Assembly: GCA_965279525.1 (NCBI GenBank)
Contig: CBDIIB010000005.1
Span: 384,001-448,000 of the forward strand
Reading direction: 5' to 3'
DNA: 64,000 nucleotides
Source of the DNA: Tagaea sp.
GTDB taxonomy: Bacteria > Pseudomonadota > Alphaproteobacteria > CACIAM-22H2
Numbering within the stretch: position 1 is the first letter of the stretch; the number at the start of each line of letters is the position of its first letter. Below the pieces are notes generated by a model. It was not told where the DNA came from. It ran no database searches and worked only from the letters and a program-made list of their open reading frames with translations. Position numbers and translations under genes: made by a program. Positions 1 through 9,820 of this stretch are shown here, piece by piece.

Positions 1-560
1 TCTTCGGTCGTGGCGCCGATGATGCCGATCTTCACGCCCGCACGCTCGACGACGATGTGGTCGCGGAACATGCCGCGGATCGTCGGCTCGTCCGACGCGT
101 CGACATTGGCCGACAGGACCGGGAATTTCGCACCCGACAGATAGCGCGCGAGGTTTGCCGGGCCGTCGTCGAACTCGTGGTTGCCGATCGCCATCGCGTC
201 GTAGCCGATCAGGTTGGCCATCTCGAGTTCGGCCATTCCCTTGTAGTGGGAATAGAACAGCGAGCCCTGGAACTCGTCGCCGGCGTTGAGCACCAGCACC
301 TGCCGGCCGGCGGCGAGCGCTTCGCGCTTCTGCGCCTCGAACAGGGATGCGATGCGTGCCACGCCGCCGAAGCAGCGGTTCTGCGTCGCTTCCTGCGCCG
401 AGCAGTTCGAGCCCTGCGCGTTGACCATCTGCAGGCGCGAATGCACGTCGTTGGAGTGCAGGATCGTCAGCTTCAGCGGTGCGGGGGGTGTCGTCGTGCA
501 GGCGGCGAGCAGCGCCAGGGAAGCGGCGGCGAACAGGCGGAGGGGGCGGAAACTCTTCAT
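1..560 (-). CDS. Bifunctional 5'-nucleotidase/UDP-sugar hydrolase family lipoprotein, N-terminal part (runs off window edge)
   Basis: Read manually, not in the ORF track: ATG at 560, MKSFRPLRLFAAASLALLAAC (lipobox), metallophosphoesterase motifs HSNDVHSR, NAGDEFQGS, AIGNHEFD. Confidence 0.88.
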   Translation of the reverse strand, partial: MKSFRPLRLFAAASLALLAACTTTPPAPLKLTILHSNDVHSRLQMVNAQGSNCSAQEATQNRCFGGVARIASLFEAQKREALAAGRQVLVLNAGDEFQGSLFYSHYKGMAELEMANLIGYDAMAIGNHEFDDGPANLARYLSGAKFPVLSANVDASDEPTIRGMFRDHIVVERAGVKIGIIGATTE

Positions 561-591
561 CGCGGGACTCCGTTATGTGAAACCGTTCAGA

Positions 592-2454
592 TCAGGCGCG
601 CCGGCGGGCACCCTTGGGCGCAGTGTCTTCCTCGAAGAGTTCGGCAAGCTTCTCCATCACCGTGCCGCCGAGCTGCTCGGCATCGACGATGGTGACGGCG
701 CGCCGGTAATAGCGCGTCACGTCGTGGCCGATGCCGATGGCCAGCAGCTCGACCGGCGAGCGCGTCTCGATGTACTCGATCGACTCGCGCAAGTGGCGCT
801 CCAGATAGTTGCCGGGATTGACCGACAGCGTCGAATCGTCGACGGGTGCCCCGTCGGAGATGACCATCAGGATCTTGCGCTGCTCGGTGCGCGCGATCAG
901 GCGCGAATGCGCCCACATCAAGGCCTCGCCGTCGATGTTCTCTTTCAGCAGGCCCTCGCGCAGCATCAGGCCCAGCGACTTGCGCGCCCGGCGCCAGGGC
1001 GCATCGGCACCCTTGTAGACGATGTGGCGCAGGTCGTTGAGACGGCCGGGGTTGGCGGGCTTGCCGGCGGCAAGCCAGCGCTCGCGGCTCTGCCCGCCCT
1101 TCCAGGCGCGCGTCGTGAAACCGAGGATCTCGACCTTGACCGCGCAGCGCTCGAGCGTGCGCGCGAGGATGTCGGCCGACATCGCGGCGACCGTGATCGG
1201 CCGGCCGCGCATCGAGCCCGAATTGTCGATCAGCAGCGAAACGACCGTATCGCGGAACTTGGTGTCGAGCTCGCGCTTGTAGGAAAGCGGGAAGGCCGGG
1301 TTGGCGACGACACGCGCGAGGCGCGCGGCATCGAGGGTGCCTTCTTCGAGATCGAACTCCCACGCGCGGTTCTGGCGCGCCAGCAGGCGGCGCTGCAGCC
1401 GGTTGGCAAGGCGCGCGATGACGCCCGTGAGATGGCTGAGCTGCTGGTCGAGATGGGCGCGCAGGCGCGTGAGCTCGTCGGCATCGCAAAGCGCGTCGGC
1501 ATCGACGGTCTCGTCGAATTCGGACGTGTAGGCGCGGTACATCGGCGCGTCGGCCGAGTTGCGCATGTCGTTTGGCGGGCGCCAGCGCTTGCCCGGACGT
1601 TCCGGGCCGTCCTCGCCCATGCCGTCGGAATCCTCGCCCTCGCGTTCCTCGCCCTCGCCTTCGCCGCCGTCTTCACCGGCGGCGTCGCGCGTCTCGGAAC
1701 CCATCATCGCTTCGGAGTCCGACTGGTCGCCCGAATCCTCGGCCTCGCCCGACTTCTGGCCTTCCTCGTCGTTCTCGCCGTCGCTGTCCTGGTCCTCGGA
1801 CTCGGTGGCCTGGCCTTCTTCCTCGCCAAGCTCCAGATCCGCGATCAGCTTGCGCGCGACTTCGGCGAAGGCGGCCTGGTCGTCGAGCGAACGGGAAAGC
1901 TGCGTCAAATCCTGGCCCGCCTTGCCCTCGATCCACGGGCGCCACAGATCGACCATGCGGCGGGCCGATTCCGGCGGCATCTGGCCGGTGAAGGTCTCGC
2001 GCGCGAGCAGCGCCACCGCCTCGACGATGGGGGCCGCCTCGCGGTCGGCGATGCGCGAATAGCCCGCCTGCCGGCAGCGTTCTTCGAGGGCGGCGGAAAG
2101 ATTGCCCGCCACGCCCGACATCAGGTTGGAGCCGAGCGCTTCGCAGCGCGCCTGCTCGACCGCGTCGTAGATCGCCCGGCCCATCGTGCCGGTGGGTGAG
2201 CGCTTCGCGTGCACGCCCGCGTCGTGGTGCCGGATCTTGAGCGCGATCGAATCCGCCTCGCCGCGCACGATGGCCACTTCGCCCGCCGGCAGGTCGCGCG
2301 AAGGCACGGGCAGGCGCGCCTCGTTGCCGCGCAGGCCGGGTTGTTCGGGCACGAAGGCGACCGAAAGCTCGACCTCGCGCGCGACCGCGCGCATCGCCGC
2401 GGCCGTGACCTGGCGGAACTGCTCGACCGGACCGTCGTTGTTGCGCGGCGGCAT
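592..2454 (-). CDS. cobT: Cobaltochelatase CobT-like subunit (VWA domain)
   Basis: 620 aa; acidic linker, [37 protein letters not shown]; adjacent to cobS. Confidence 0.95.
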   Translation of the reverse strand: MPPRNNDGPVEQFRQVTAAAMRAVAREVELSVAFVPEQPGLRGNEARLPVPSRDLPAGEVAIVRGEADSIALKIRHHDAGVHAKRSPTGTMGRAIYDAVEQARCEALGSNLMSGVAGNLSAALEERCRQAGYSRIADREAAPIVEAVALLARETFTGQMPPESARRMVDLWRPWIEGKAGQDLTQLSRSLDDQAAFAEVARKLIADLELGEEEGQATESEDQDSDGENDEEGQKSGEAEDSGDQSDSEAMMGSETRDAAGEDGGEGEGEEREGEDSDGMGEDGPERPGKRWRPPNDMRNSADAPMYRAYTSEFDETVDADALCDADELTRLRAHLDQQLSHLTGVIARLANRLQRRLLARQNRAWEFDLEEGTLDAARLARVVANPAFPLSYKRELDTKFRDTVVSLLIDNSGSMRGRPITVAAMSADILARTLERCAVKVEILGFTTRAWKGGQSRERWLAAGKPANPGRLNDLRHIVYKGADAPWRRARKSLGLMLREGLLKENIDGEALMWAHSRLIARTEQRKILMVISDGAPVDDSTLSVNPGNYLERHLRESIEYIETRSPVELLAIGIGHDVTRYYRRAVTIVDAEQLGGTVMEKLAELFEEDTAPKGARRRA

Positions 2455-2461
2455 GGGCCGG

Positions 2462-3466
2462 TCAGCCCGCCTTGCGCACGCTCAGGTTGGCACCGCCCTG
2501 CAACTCGGTGCCGAAGCAGCGCTGGTAGTATTCGGCGACCGTCGTGCGCTCGACCTCGTCGCACTTGTTGAGGAATGTGAGGCGGAACGCGAAGCCGACA
2601 TCGCCGAATATCTTGGCGTTCTCGGCCCAGGTCAGCACGGTGCGCGGGCTCATCACCGTCGAGATGTCGCCCGCCATGAAGCCGGCGCGCGTGAGATCGG
2701 CCAACGCGACCATCGCCGAGACGATCTCGCGCCCTTCCTTGGTGTCGTAGCCCGACGCCTTGGCCAGCACGATCTTCGTCTCCTGCTCGTGCGGCAGGTA
2801 GTTGAGCGTCGTGACGACGTTCCAGCGGTCCATCTGGCCCTGGTTGATCTGCTGCGTGCCGTGATAGAGGCCCGTCGTGTCGCCGAGGCCGACCGTATTG
2901 GCTGTCGCAAAGAGCCGGAAAGCCGGGTGCGGATGCAGCACGCGGTTCTGGTCGAGCAGCGTGAGCTTGCCGTCGACTTCCAGCACGCGCTGGATGACGA
3001 ACATCACGTCGGCGCGGCCGGCGTCGTATTCGTCGAACACGAGCGCGCAGGGATGCTGGAGCGCCCAGGGCAGCAGCCCCTCGCGGAACTCGGTCACCTG
3101 CTTGCCGTCGCGCACGACGATGGCGTCGCGCCCGACGAGGTCGATGCGGCTGATGTGGCTGTCGAGATTGATGCGGATGCACGGCCAGTTGAGGCGGGCG
3201 GCGACCTGCTCGATATGCGTCGACTTGCCCGTGCCGTGGTAACCCTGGACCATCACGCGCCGGTTGAAGGCGAAGCCTGCGATGATGGCGAGCGTCGTCT
3301 CCTTGTCGAAGCGGTAATTCTCGTCGACGTTGGGGACGTGCTCGGTCGGGGCGACCGAGAAGGCGGGAACCTCGAGATCGGAATCGATGCCGAAGGTCTG
3401 GCGGACCTTCACCTTGATGTCGGGAACGCGCGCGTAATCGGCGGACGCAGTCGTCACTGTGGCCAT
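2462..3466 (-). CDS. cobS: Cobaltochelatase CobS-like AAA+ ATPase
   Basis: 334 aa; Walker A GYHGTGKS, Walker [22 protein letters not shown]. Confidence 0.95.
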   Translation of the reverse strand: MATVTTASADYARVPDIKVKVRQTFGIDSDLEVPAFSVAPTEHVPNVDENYRFDKETTLAIIAGFAFNRRVMVQGYHGTGKSTHIEQVAARLNWPCIRINLDSHISRIDLVGRDAIVVRDGKQVTEFREGLLPWALQHPCALVFDEYDAGRADVMFVIQRVLEVDGKLTLLDQNRVLHPHPAFRLFATANTVGLGDTTGLYHGTQQINQGQMDRWNVVTTLNYLPHEQETKIVLAKASGYDTKEGREIVSAMVALADLTRAGFMAGDISTVMSPRTVLTWAENAKIFGDVGFAFRLTFLNKCDEVERTTVAEYYQRCFGTELQGGANLSVRKAG

Positions 3467-3530
3467 GGTCTGGGAAACTCCGCGATCGGAACGTCGAAAG
3501 GACCGGCGCAGAAACCCGCCGGTCGGGACC

Positions 3531-4145
3531 CTAGGGTCCGGCCGTCGGCTTGGCTTGCTGCGCCTTCAGGAACGTATAAGCCTGATTGATGGATTTTAGA
3601 CGTTCTTCCGCCGCCTTGTCGCCCCCGTTCGCGTCCGGATGATGGCGTTTGACGAGGGACTTGTATCGAGACTTTATCTCGTCGGGACTGGCGGTCCAGT
3701 CGAGCTCCAGCACGGCAAGTGCTTCTTCGACCTGCGTTGCCGGGCGGCGGCGGGGTGGCGGGGCTTCCGTTTTGGCGGACGCGTCGAACCCCGGGATGTC
3801 GGATTGCGCAAACCAGCGGCGCATTGCCTCTTCGATGGCCTCGGCCCCGCCCCGGTTGCGGCCGCGCCTTCCCACGCCCATCGGCCAGGTCGGGCGCCGT
3901 CCGATCACGTCGGCGCGCTTTTCCTGCTCGAGCGCGTCGGCGCCCATGCCCTTGTAGAAATCCCACGACGCGTTGTAGGCGCGCACGTGCGGCAGGCAGA
4001 ACCAATAGAAATCGTTGAGCTTTTTCCGATCGCGCGGAGCGCGGAACTCGCCTGTCGCGGCACAGCCGGGATGGTCGCACCGCTTGGGAGCGGCATGGGG
4101 GTCGACCTGGGGGCGGTCATAGGGACGGGCGCGGACGCGAGCCAT
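3531..4145 (-). CDS. J-domain (DnaJ-like) protein with N-terminal Cys/His motif
   Basis: CDHPGC...[11 protein letters not shown]-terminus, C-terminal J domain with HPD; usual neighbour of cobST in Alphaproteobacteria. Confidence 0.9.
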   Translation of the reverse strand: MARVRARPYDRPQVDPHAAPKRCDHPGCAATGEFRAPRDRKKLNDFYWFCLPHVRAYNASWDFYKGMGADALEQEKRADVIGRRPTWPMGVGRRGRNRGGAEAIEEAMRRWFAQSDIPGFDASAKTEAPPPRRRPATQVEEALAVLELDWTASPDEIKSRYKSLVKRHHPDANGGDKAAEERLKSINQAYTFLKAQQAKPTAGP

Positions 4146-4354
4146 GGCATCCAAGTATGGGCGAGGTTCGGGCCCGCGACAACATCCGGCACCGATTCTG
4201 GCAGCCTTTTGAGCCGTCTATCTGTTTACAGAAGTTTTCTAAAATTGTAGATTTATTGTGGACAAGTCGTGCAGTGGCGGGAATCCGTGCAAACCATTAG
4301 GATTGTGGCCCAATCGCGGCAATGGCCGCCTTGCGGGGTTCAGAGGAAGAGGCG

Positions 4355-4741
4355 ATGGCGAGCGAGTACCGTCTGATCTTCTTCGACCAGAACGAGCTGT
4401 GCCGCGCGCTGATCGAATATAACCGCCAGCGCCGCACACCGTTCCCGCCGGGCAATCTCAAGAAGGTCGTCATCGACCGCGACCGGCTCAACGTGACGAT
4501 CCAGATCGACAAGGATTCGGGCGATCTCGACAAGGTGACGTTCGACGCCGCGTCGGTCGCCGCCGCCCTGATCGTCTATTGCCGCGACCGCAAGATCCCG
4601 CTGCCGGCGAAGTCGGCAAAGGAAATGCGCCTCGTCGCCGACCGCCTGTGCTTCCTGATCCGCATCAAGGGCACGCCCGCCGAAGCGTCGATCGCCGTCG
4701 AATACACCGGCAAGATGGTCGCGACGGAAGCAGCGGATTAG
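4355..4741 (+). CDS. Hypothetical protein
   Basis: GAGG-rich RBS before ATG 4355, typical codon usage, MASEYRLIFF...IPLP. Confidence 0.75.
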   Translation: MASEYRLIFFDQNELCRALIEYNRQRRTPFPPGNLKKVVIDRDRLNVTIQIDKDSGDLDKVTFDAASVAAALIVYCRDRKIPLPAKSAKEMRLVADRLCFLIRIKGTPAEASIAVEYTGKMVATEAAD

Positions 4742-4743
4742 TT

Positions 4744-5610
4744 CTACTGGAAGACGGCTTCCGCCGTCATCGCCTGCGCGCCGTCGGCGCGGCGGACCCA
4801 CAGCACGGCACCCGCGCGCGTCCAGACTTCCGTCGCGTCGCGCACCCACAGCGTCGCCGGATTTTCCGCAGGCTTGCCGCACAGCACGAAGGGTGCGGTG
4901 TCGACGACCGGCGCCTGAGCGCGGAAGGCGAAACGCTTCAAAGGCCGACCGGCCCGCTCGACGGCAAGATCCATCAGCATCGTCGCGAGCATCGGCCCGT
5001 GCACGACGAGGCCTTCGTAGCCTTCGACGTCGCGCGCGTAGGTGCGGTCGTAGTGGATGCGGTGGCCGTTGAACGTCAGCGCCGAATAGCGGAACAGCAG
5101 CGTGGGATCCGGCGTCACGTGGCGCGACCAGTCTTCTCCACCCGGCGCCTGCGGCGGCTTCGGAGCCGGGTGCGACGGATCAGGGTCGGCGCGATAGACG
5201 ATGTCGTGCTCTTCTTCGAGCCGCAGCGCGCCGTCGGCCGAGATCGCGTGGTGCACCGTGACGAACACGAGGGCGCCGGTCTTGCCGTGCTTCTCCTCGA
5301 CCTTCGCGATGCGTGAGGCGCGCGTGGCGATGGCACCCACTGGCAGCGGCGAATGGTAGACGAGCCGCCCGCCCGCCCACATGCGGCGCGGCAGCGCCAC
5401 CGGCGGCAGGAAGCCGCCGCGCTTCGGGTGCCCGTCGCGCCCCAGATCGCGCGCCTTGGCGACCGCGTTGAAAAACGCCCAGTGCCAGCCGGGCGGAACG
5501 TGATCGCCCGGCGGATCGCGGTCGAACGTCGCGGCAAGGGCCGCGATACGTCCCGGCTCGATCGTCTCGCTCGCCGTCTCGGTGCGCCCGATCCAGTCGG
5601 CGAGGTTCAT
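4744..5610 (-). CDS. MaoC/FAS1-like double hot-dog hydratase (itaconyl-CoA / mesaconyl-C4-CoA hydratase family)
   Basis: MNLADWIGR start; DGHPKRGGFLPP, RRMWAGG, LFRYSALTFNGHRIHYD, LVVHGP. Confidence 0.88.
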   Translation of the reverse strand: MNLADWIGRTETASETIEPGRIAALAATFDRDPPGDHVPPGWHWAFFNAVAKARDLGRDGHPKRGGFLPPVALPRRMWAGGRLVYHSPLPVGAIATRASRIAKVEEKHGKTGALVFVTVHHAISADGALRLEEEHDIVYRADPDPSHPAPKPPQAPGGEDWSRHVTPDPTLLFRYSALTFNGHRIHYDRTYARDVEGYEGLVVHGPMLATMLMDLAVERAGRPLKRFAFRAQAPVVDTAPFVLCGKPAENPATLWVRDATEVWTRAGAVLWVRRADGAQAMTAEAVFQ

Positions 5611-6722
5611 GCGAATTCCTTGCGGATCGCGGCCGAATGCTGGCCGACCGTCGGCACGGGTCCGAGCGAGGGTGCGCGTTCGCCATCGATGACCGGCGGG
5701 GGTGCGGGAATCGCGACCTTGCCGCCCGGTGTGTCGATCTCGACGCGACGCAGCTGCGGATGCCTGGAAAAGCGCGCAACGTCGTTGAGCTCGCCGAACG
5801 CGATGTTGCCCTTCTTGAGTCGGGCCACCAGTTCCGCGCGCGGGTGCTTGCCGAAGAACGCGGCGATATAGGCGTCGAGAGCGGCGCGGTTCTTCACGCG
5901 CAGGACGTTGGTGGCGAACTCGGGCTTGCCCGGTTCGCCCAGCACATGCGTGCAGAAGCCCGCCCATTCGCGGTCGTTCTGCACCGAGATGACGATCGGG
6001 ATGCCGTCGGCACTGGCGAACGCGCTGTAGGGGGCGACCGACGGATGGGCGAGGCCCACGCGCGCCGGCGCCTTGCCGGCATAGTCGAAATGCAGCAGCG
6101 GGACGGCCATCCAATCGGCCATGCCGTCGAACAGCGAGACCTTGATCGAACGGCCCTCACCGGTGCGTCCGCGCGCGATCAGCGCTTCGAGGATCGCCTG
6201 GTGCGCGTACATGCCCGCCGCGATGTCGCACACCGACACGCCCACGCGCCCCGGCGCATCCGGCCCGCCGGTGATCGAGGCGAGGCCCGTCTCGGCCTGC
6301 ACCAGCATGTCGTAACTCTTCATCGCCGCGTAGGGACCTTCGTCGCCATAGCCCGAGATGTCGACGACGATGAGGCGCGGATATTTCGCGCGCAGATCTT
6401 CTGTGCCGAAGCCCGCACGCGCGGCCGCCCCCGGCATCAGGTTCTGCACGAACACGTCGGCCTTCGCGAGGATACGGTGCATCAGGGTCGCGTCCGCCGG
6501 CTCCTTGATGTCGGCGACGAGCGACTGCTTGCCGCGGTTGAGCCAGACGAAATAGCTCGCCTGCCCCTTGGCCACATCGTCGTAGCCGCGCGCGAAATCG
6601 CCCTCGGGCCGCTCGATCTTGACGACGCGCGCACCGGCATCGGCCAGCCGCGACGTGCAATAGGGGGCCGCGACCGCCTGTTCGAGGGAGAGGACGAGGA
6701 TGCCGTCGAGTGCGCCCGTCAT
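5607..6722 (-). CDS. CaiB/BaiF family III CoA-transferase (itaconate CoA-transferase-like)
   Basis: LEQAVAAP, KIERPEGDFAR, WLNRGKQS, catalytic-region VCDIAAG; overlaps the hydratase start by 4 bp. Confidence 0.9.
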   Translation of the reverse strand: MTGALDGILVLSLEQAVAAPYCTSRLADAGARVVKIERPEGDFARGYDDVAKGQASYFVWLNRGKQSLVADIKEPADATLMHRILAKADVFVQNLMPGAAARAGFGTEDLRAKYPRLIVVDISGYGDEGPYAAMKSYDMLVQAETGLASITGGPDAPGRVGVSVCDIAAGMYAHQAILEALIARGRTGEGRSIKVSLFDGMADWMAVPLLHFDYAGKAPARVGLAHPSVAPYSAFASADGIPIVISVQNDREWAGFCTHVLGEPGKPEFATNVLRVKNRAALDAYIAAFFGKHPRAELVARLKKGNIAFGELNDVARFSRHPQLRRVEIDTPGGKVAIPAPPPVIDGERAPSLGPVPTVGQHSAAIRKEFA

Positions 6723-6723
6723 G

Positions 6724-7866
6724 TCAGTACGACCTCGGAAGATCCAGAACGTGCTCGGCAAGATAGGCGAGGATCAGGTTCGTCGAGATCGGGGCGACCT
6801 GATAGAGCCTGGTCTCGCGGAACTTGCGCTCGACGTCGTATTCCTCGGCGAAGCCGAAGCCGCCATGCGTCTGCAGGCACGCCTCGGCGGCCTTCCACGA
6901 CGCGTCGGCCGCCAGCATCTTGGCCATGTTGGCCTGCGGCCCGCACGCCTCGCCCGCCTCGTAGAGATCGAGCGCTTCGCGCACCATCAAGGCTGCCGCC
7001 TGCCCTTCGGCATAGGCGCGCGCGATCGGGAACTGGATGCCCTGGTTCTGGCCGATGGGCCGGCCGAACACGACGCGCTCGCGCGCGTAGTTGCTGGCCT
7101 TCTCGACGAACCAGTTGAGGTCGCCCACGCATTCGGCCGCGATCAGGATGCGCTCGGCATTCATGCCGTCGAGGATGTAGCGGAAGCCCCGCCCCTCCTC
7201 GCCGATGCGGTTTTCCGCCGGCACTTCCAGATCGTCGAAGAACACTTCGGTCGTCGCGTGGTTCATCATCGCGCGCAGCGGCTTGATCGTCAGGCCCTTG
7301 GCCTCGCGCATGTCGACGACGAACACCGAGAGGCCGTCGGTCTTCTTCGCGGTCTTGTCCTTGGGCGTCGTGCGCGCGAGCAGCAGCATCAGGTCGGAAT
7401 GTTCGGCGCGGCTCGTCCACACCTTCTGGCCGTTGATCACATATTTGTCGCCGCGACGTTCGGCGGTCGTGCGGATCGCGGTCGTGTCGGTACCGGCACT
7501 TGGCTCGGTCACGCCGAAGGCCTGCAGGCGCAGATCGCCCGCCGCGATGCCGGGCAGGAAACGCTGTTTCTGTTCGGGGCTGCCGTGGCGCAGGATCGTG
7601 CCCATCGTGTACATCTGCGCGTGGCACGCCCCGCCATTGCAGCCCGACGCGTGGATCTCCTCGAGGATCGCGGCGGCCGCCGAAAGCCCCAGCCCCGACC
7701 CGCCATATTCCTCGGGGATCAGCACGGCAAGCATGCCCGCCTTCGTCAGTTCGTCGACGAACGCCTTGGGATAGGCGCGTTCGCGGTCCAGTGCGCGCCA
7801 GTATTCGCCCGGATATTTCGCGCAGAGCGCCTTGACCGATTCGCGGATCTCCGGGTGGCTCGCCAT
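6724..7866 (-). CDS. Acyl-CoA dehydrogenase (methylsuccinyl-CoA dehydrogenase-like clade)
   Basis: FGVTEPSAGTD, INGQKVWTS, GMNAERIL, FGRPIGQNQ, QTHGGFG. Confidence 0.9.
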   Translation of the reverse strand: MASHPEIRESVKALCAKYPGEYWRALDRERAYPKAFVDELTKAGMLAVLIPEEYGGSGLGLSAAAAILEEIHASGCNGGACHAQMYTMGTILRHGSPEQKQRFLPGIAAGDLRLQAFGVTEPSAGTDTTAIRTTAERRGDKYVINGQKVWTSRAEHSDLMLLLARTTPKDKTAKKTDGLSVFVVDMREAKGLTIKPLRAMMNHATTEVFFDDLEVPAENRIGEEGRGFRYILDGMNAERILIAAECVGDLNWFVEKASNYARERVVFGRPIGQNQGIQFPIARAYAEGQAAALMVREALDLYEAGEACGPQANMAKMLAADASWKAAEACLQTHGGFGFAEEYDVERKFRETRLYQVAPISTNLILAYLAEHVLDLPRSY

Positions 7867-7870
7867 GGCG

Positions 7871-8872
7871 CTAGCCCGCCCGTTTGCGCAGGTCGGCAAG
7901 CAGGTCGGCCGGCACCTTGATGCCGCCGGCGGCGGACGCGGCCCGCAGCTTCAGCCGCCGCTCGCCGGGCAGGCGCGTGCCGGATTGCGCGAGGATGGCG
8001 CCCAGCAGCACCTCCAGCCGCGTGGCGAACGCAGGGCCGGCGAAACGCTGGGGATCGATCAGCAGGAAGAACTGGCCCACGCGCGGCGGCCCGCCCTTGG
8101 CGTCGAAGAACGAGCTGGCTTCGTAGCCGAAATTCGATGCGGTGAGTGCGGCCGCGAGGATCTCGACCATCAGCACCAGCGCCGCCCCCTTGGCGTCGCC
8201 CAGCGGGAGCATCGTGCCGGCCATCGCCTTCTTGGGATCGGTCGTCGGATTGCCGTCGGGATCGAGCGCCCAGCCTTCGGGGATCGTCTCGCCTTTCTGG
8301 GCGGCCACCATGATCTTGCCGCGCGCGACCTTCGACAGCGACAGGTCGACGACGAGTGGCGCCTTGCCCGCGCGCGGAGCCGCGAACGCGATGGGGTTGG
8401 TGCCGAACAGTGCCTTCGACCCGCCCCACGGGGCGATGGCCGACGGCGAGTTGCCGAACAGGAGGGCGACCAGCCCTGCCTTCGCCGCCGCCTCGACGTG
8501 ATAGCCGGCCGCCCCGAAATGATGCGAGTTGCCGATCCCGACGCCCACGACACCGGCCGTCTTCGCCATGTCGATGCCCTTCGCGATGCCGGCGGCGATG
8601 GCCGGATAGGCGAACCCGTCCTTCGCGTCGACGAACAGCGCGCCGGGCGCGTTGACGCGCAGCTCGGGCACGGCCGTACCCGCGACCTTGCCGGCCTTGG
8701 CCTGGTCGGCATAGGCGGCGACACGGCTCAGACCGTGGCTGGCGAGCCCGTCGGCTTCCGCCGCGACGAGCGCGTCGGCGACGGCGCCCGCGTTGGCGGG
8801 TACCGTACCGGCGGCGACAAGTGCCTTCAGCACCAGCGCATGCGCGTCGGCCAGCGAAATGGTCTCGCTCAT
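7871..8872 (-). CDS. comC: Ldh_2 family oxidoreductase, ComC-like (R)-sulfolactate dehydrogenase
   Basis: MSETISLADA start; GLASHGL, NSHHFG, FGTNPIAFA, GDAKGAAL, RLPG; family certain, substrate inferred from suyAB context. Confidence 0.75.
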   Translation of the reverse strand: MSETISLADAHALVLKALVAAGTVPANAGAVADALVAAEADGLASHGLSRVAAYADQAKAGKVAGTAVPELRVNAPGALFVDAKDGFAYPAIAAGIAKGIDMAKTAGVVGVGIGNSHHFGAAGYHVEAAAKAGLVALLFGNSPSAIAPWGGSKALFGTNPIAFAAPRAGKAPLVVDLSLSKVARGKIMVAAQKGETIPEGWALDPDGNPTTDPKKAMAGTMLPLGDAKGAALVLMVEILAAALTASNFGYEASSFFDAKGGPPRVGQFFLLIDPQRFAGPAFATRLEVLLGAILAQSGTRLPGERRLKLRAASAAGGIKVPADLLADLRKRAG

Positions 8873-9819
8873 TTCGACCCCTTGATGCCGAGATTCGCCA
8901 ACGCACTGCGCACGTTGGCGACCGTCACGCTGGAAACGCGCACGTTGCCCTCGGCGGTCACGCCGGCGATGTGCGGCGTCAGCCACAGGCGCGGAGCACC
9001 TTCGAGCACCGAGCCCGCCTTCAGCGGCTCCTTGTCGAAGACGTCGATCGCGGCGCCGCCGAGCGTGCCGGCCTTCAGGGCGGCGGCCAGAGCGGCCTCG
9101 TCGATGATGCCGCCGCGCGACGTGTTGATCAGGATGGCGGACTTCTTCATCTTCGCGAGGCGCGCCGCGTCGATCAGGTTGCGCGTCTGCGGCGTCAAGG
9201 GCACATGCAGCGAGATCACGTCGGACGTGGCGCAAAGCTCCTCGACCGTGGCGATGCGTGTCACGCCGTACTGCTTCCACGCCGGATCGTCCGGCTTCAG
9301 CATCGGGTCGTAGGCCGCAAGATCCATTTCCAGCGCCTTCGCGCGCGTCGCGACCGCGCGCGCGATCCCGCCGAAGCCCACGAAGCCGAGGCGCTTGCCC
9401 ATCGCCTCGCCCAGCATCAGGTCGTTGCGCGGCCACTTGCCGGCGAGCACGTCGGCATTGGCCTTCCAAACGTCGCGAAGGCACACGAGCGTTGCCGCGA
9501 TCACGTATTCGGCGACCGAAACGGTGTTGGCCCCCGTCGCCGGGAAGACCTGGATGCCGCGCTTCGCGCATTCGTCCATGTCGATATTGTCGAGCCCGAC
9601 GCCCAGCCGGCCGATCACCTTCAGGTTCTTCATCGCGGCAAGCACGGGGCCGCGGACCTGCGTGAGGTTGCGCACGATGATCGCCGGGCTTTCCGCGGCA
9701 AGCTTCGCGAGTTCCTCGGGCTTCGACACGAGGGTGCGGTCGTAATGGACCTTGTAATCCTTCGCCAGATCGTCGACCGCCCACTGGTCGACGAATTCGC
9801 TCACGACGATGTCGTACAT
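8869..9819 (-). CDS. slcC: D-2-hydroxyacid dehydrogenase, SlcC-like (S)-sulfolactate dehydrogenase
   Basis: MYDIVVSEF start; GRLGVGLDNID, PATGAN, GFGGIA, NTSRGG, TPHIAG; overlaps comC-like gene. Confidence 0.72.
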   Translation of the reverse strand: MYDIVVSEFVDQWAVDDLAKDYKVHYDRTLVSKPEELAKLAAESPAIIVRNLTQVRGPVLAAMKNLKVIGRLGVGLDNIDMDECAKRGIQVFPATGANTVSVAEYVIAATLVCLRDVWKANADVLAGKWPRNDLMLGEAMGKRLGFVGFGGIARAVATRAKALEMDLAAYDPMLKPDDPAWKQYGVTRIATVEELCATSDVISLHVPLTPQTRNLIDAARLAKMKKSAILINTSRGGIIDEAALAAALKAGTLGGAAIDVFDKEPLKAGSVLEGAPRLWLTPHIAGVTAEGNVRVSSVTVANVRSALANLGIKGSK

Positions 9820-9820
9820 T

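Noticed and set aside
6724-7866. ACAD as a 3-sulfinopropionyl-CoA desulfinase, tempting next to a family III CoA-transferase and sulfur genes
   Set aside because: It keeps Glu in NAERI, where the desulfinase as I recall has Gln, so a true dehydrogenase is more likely
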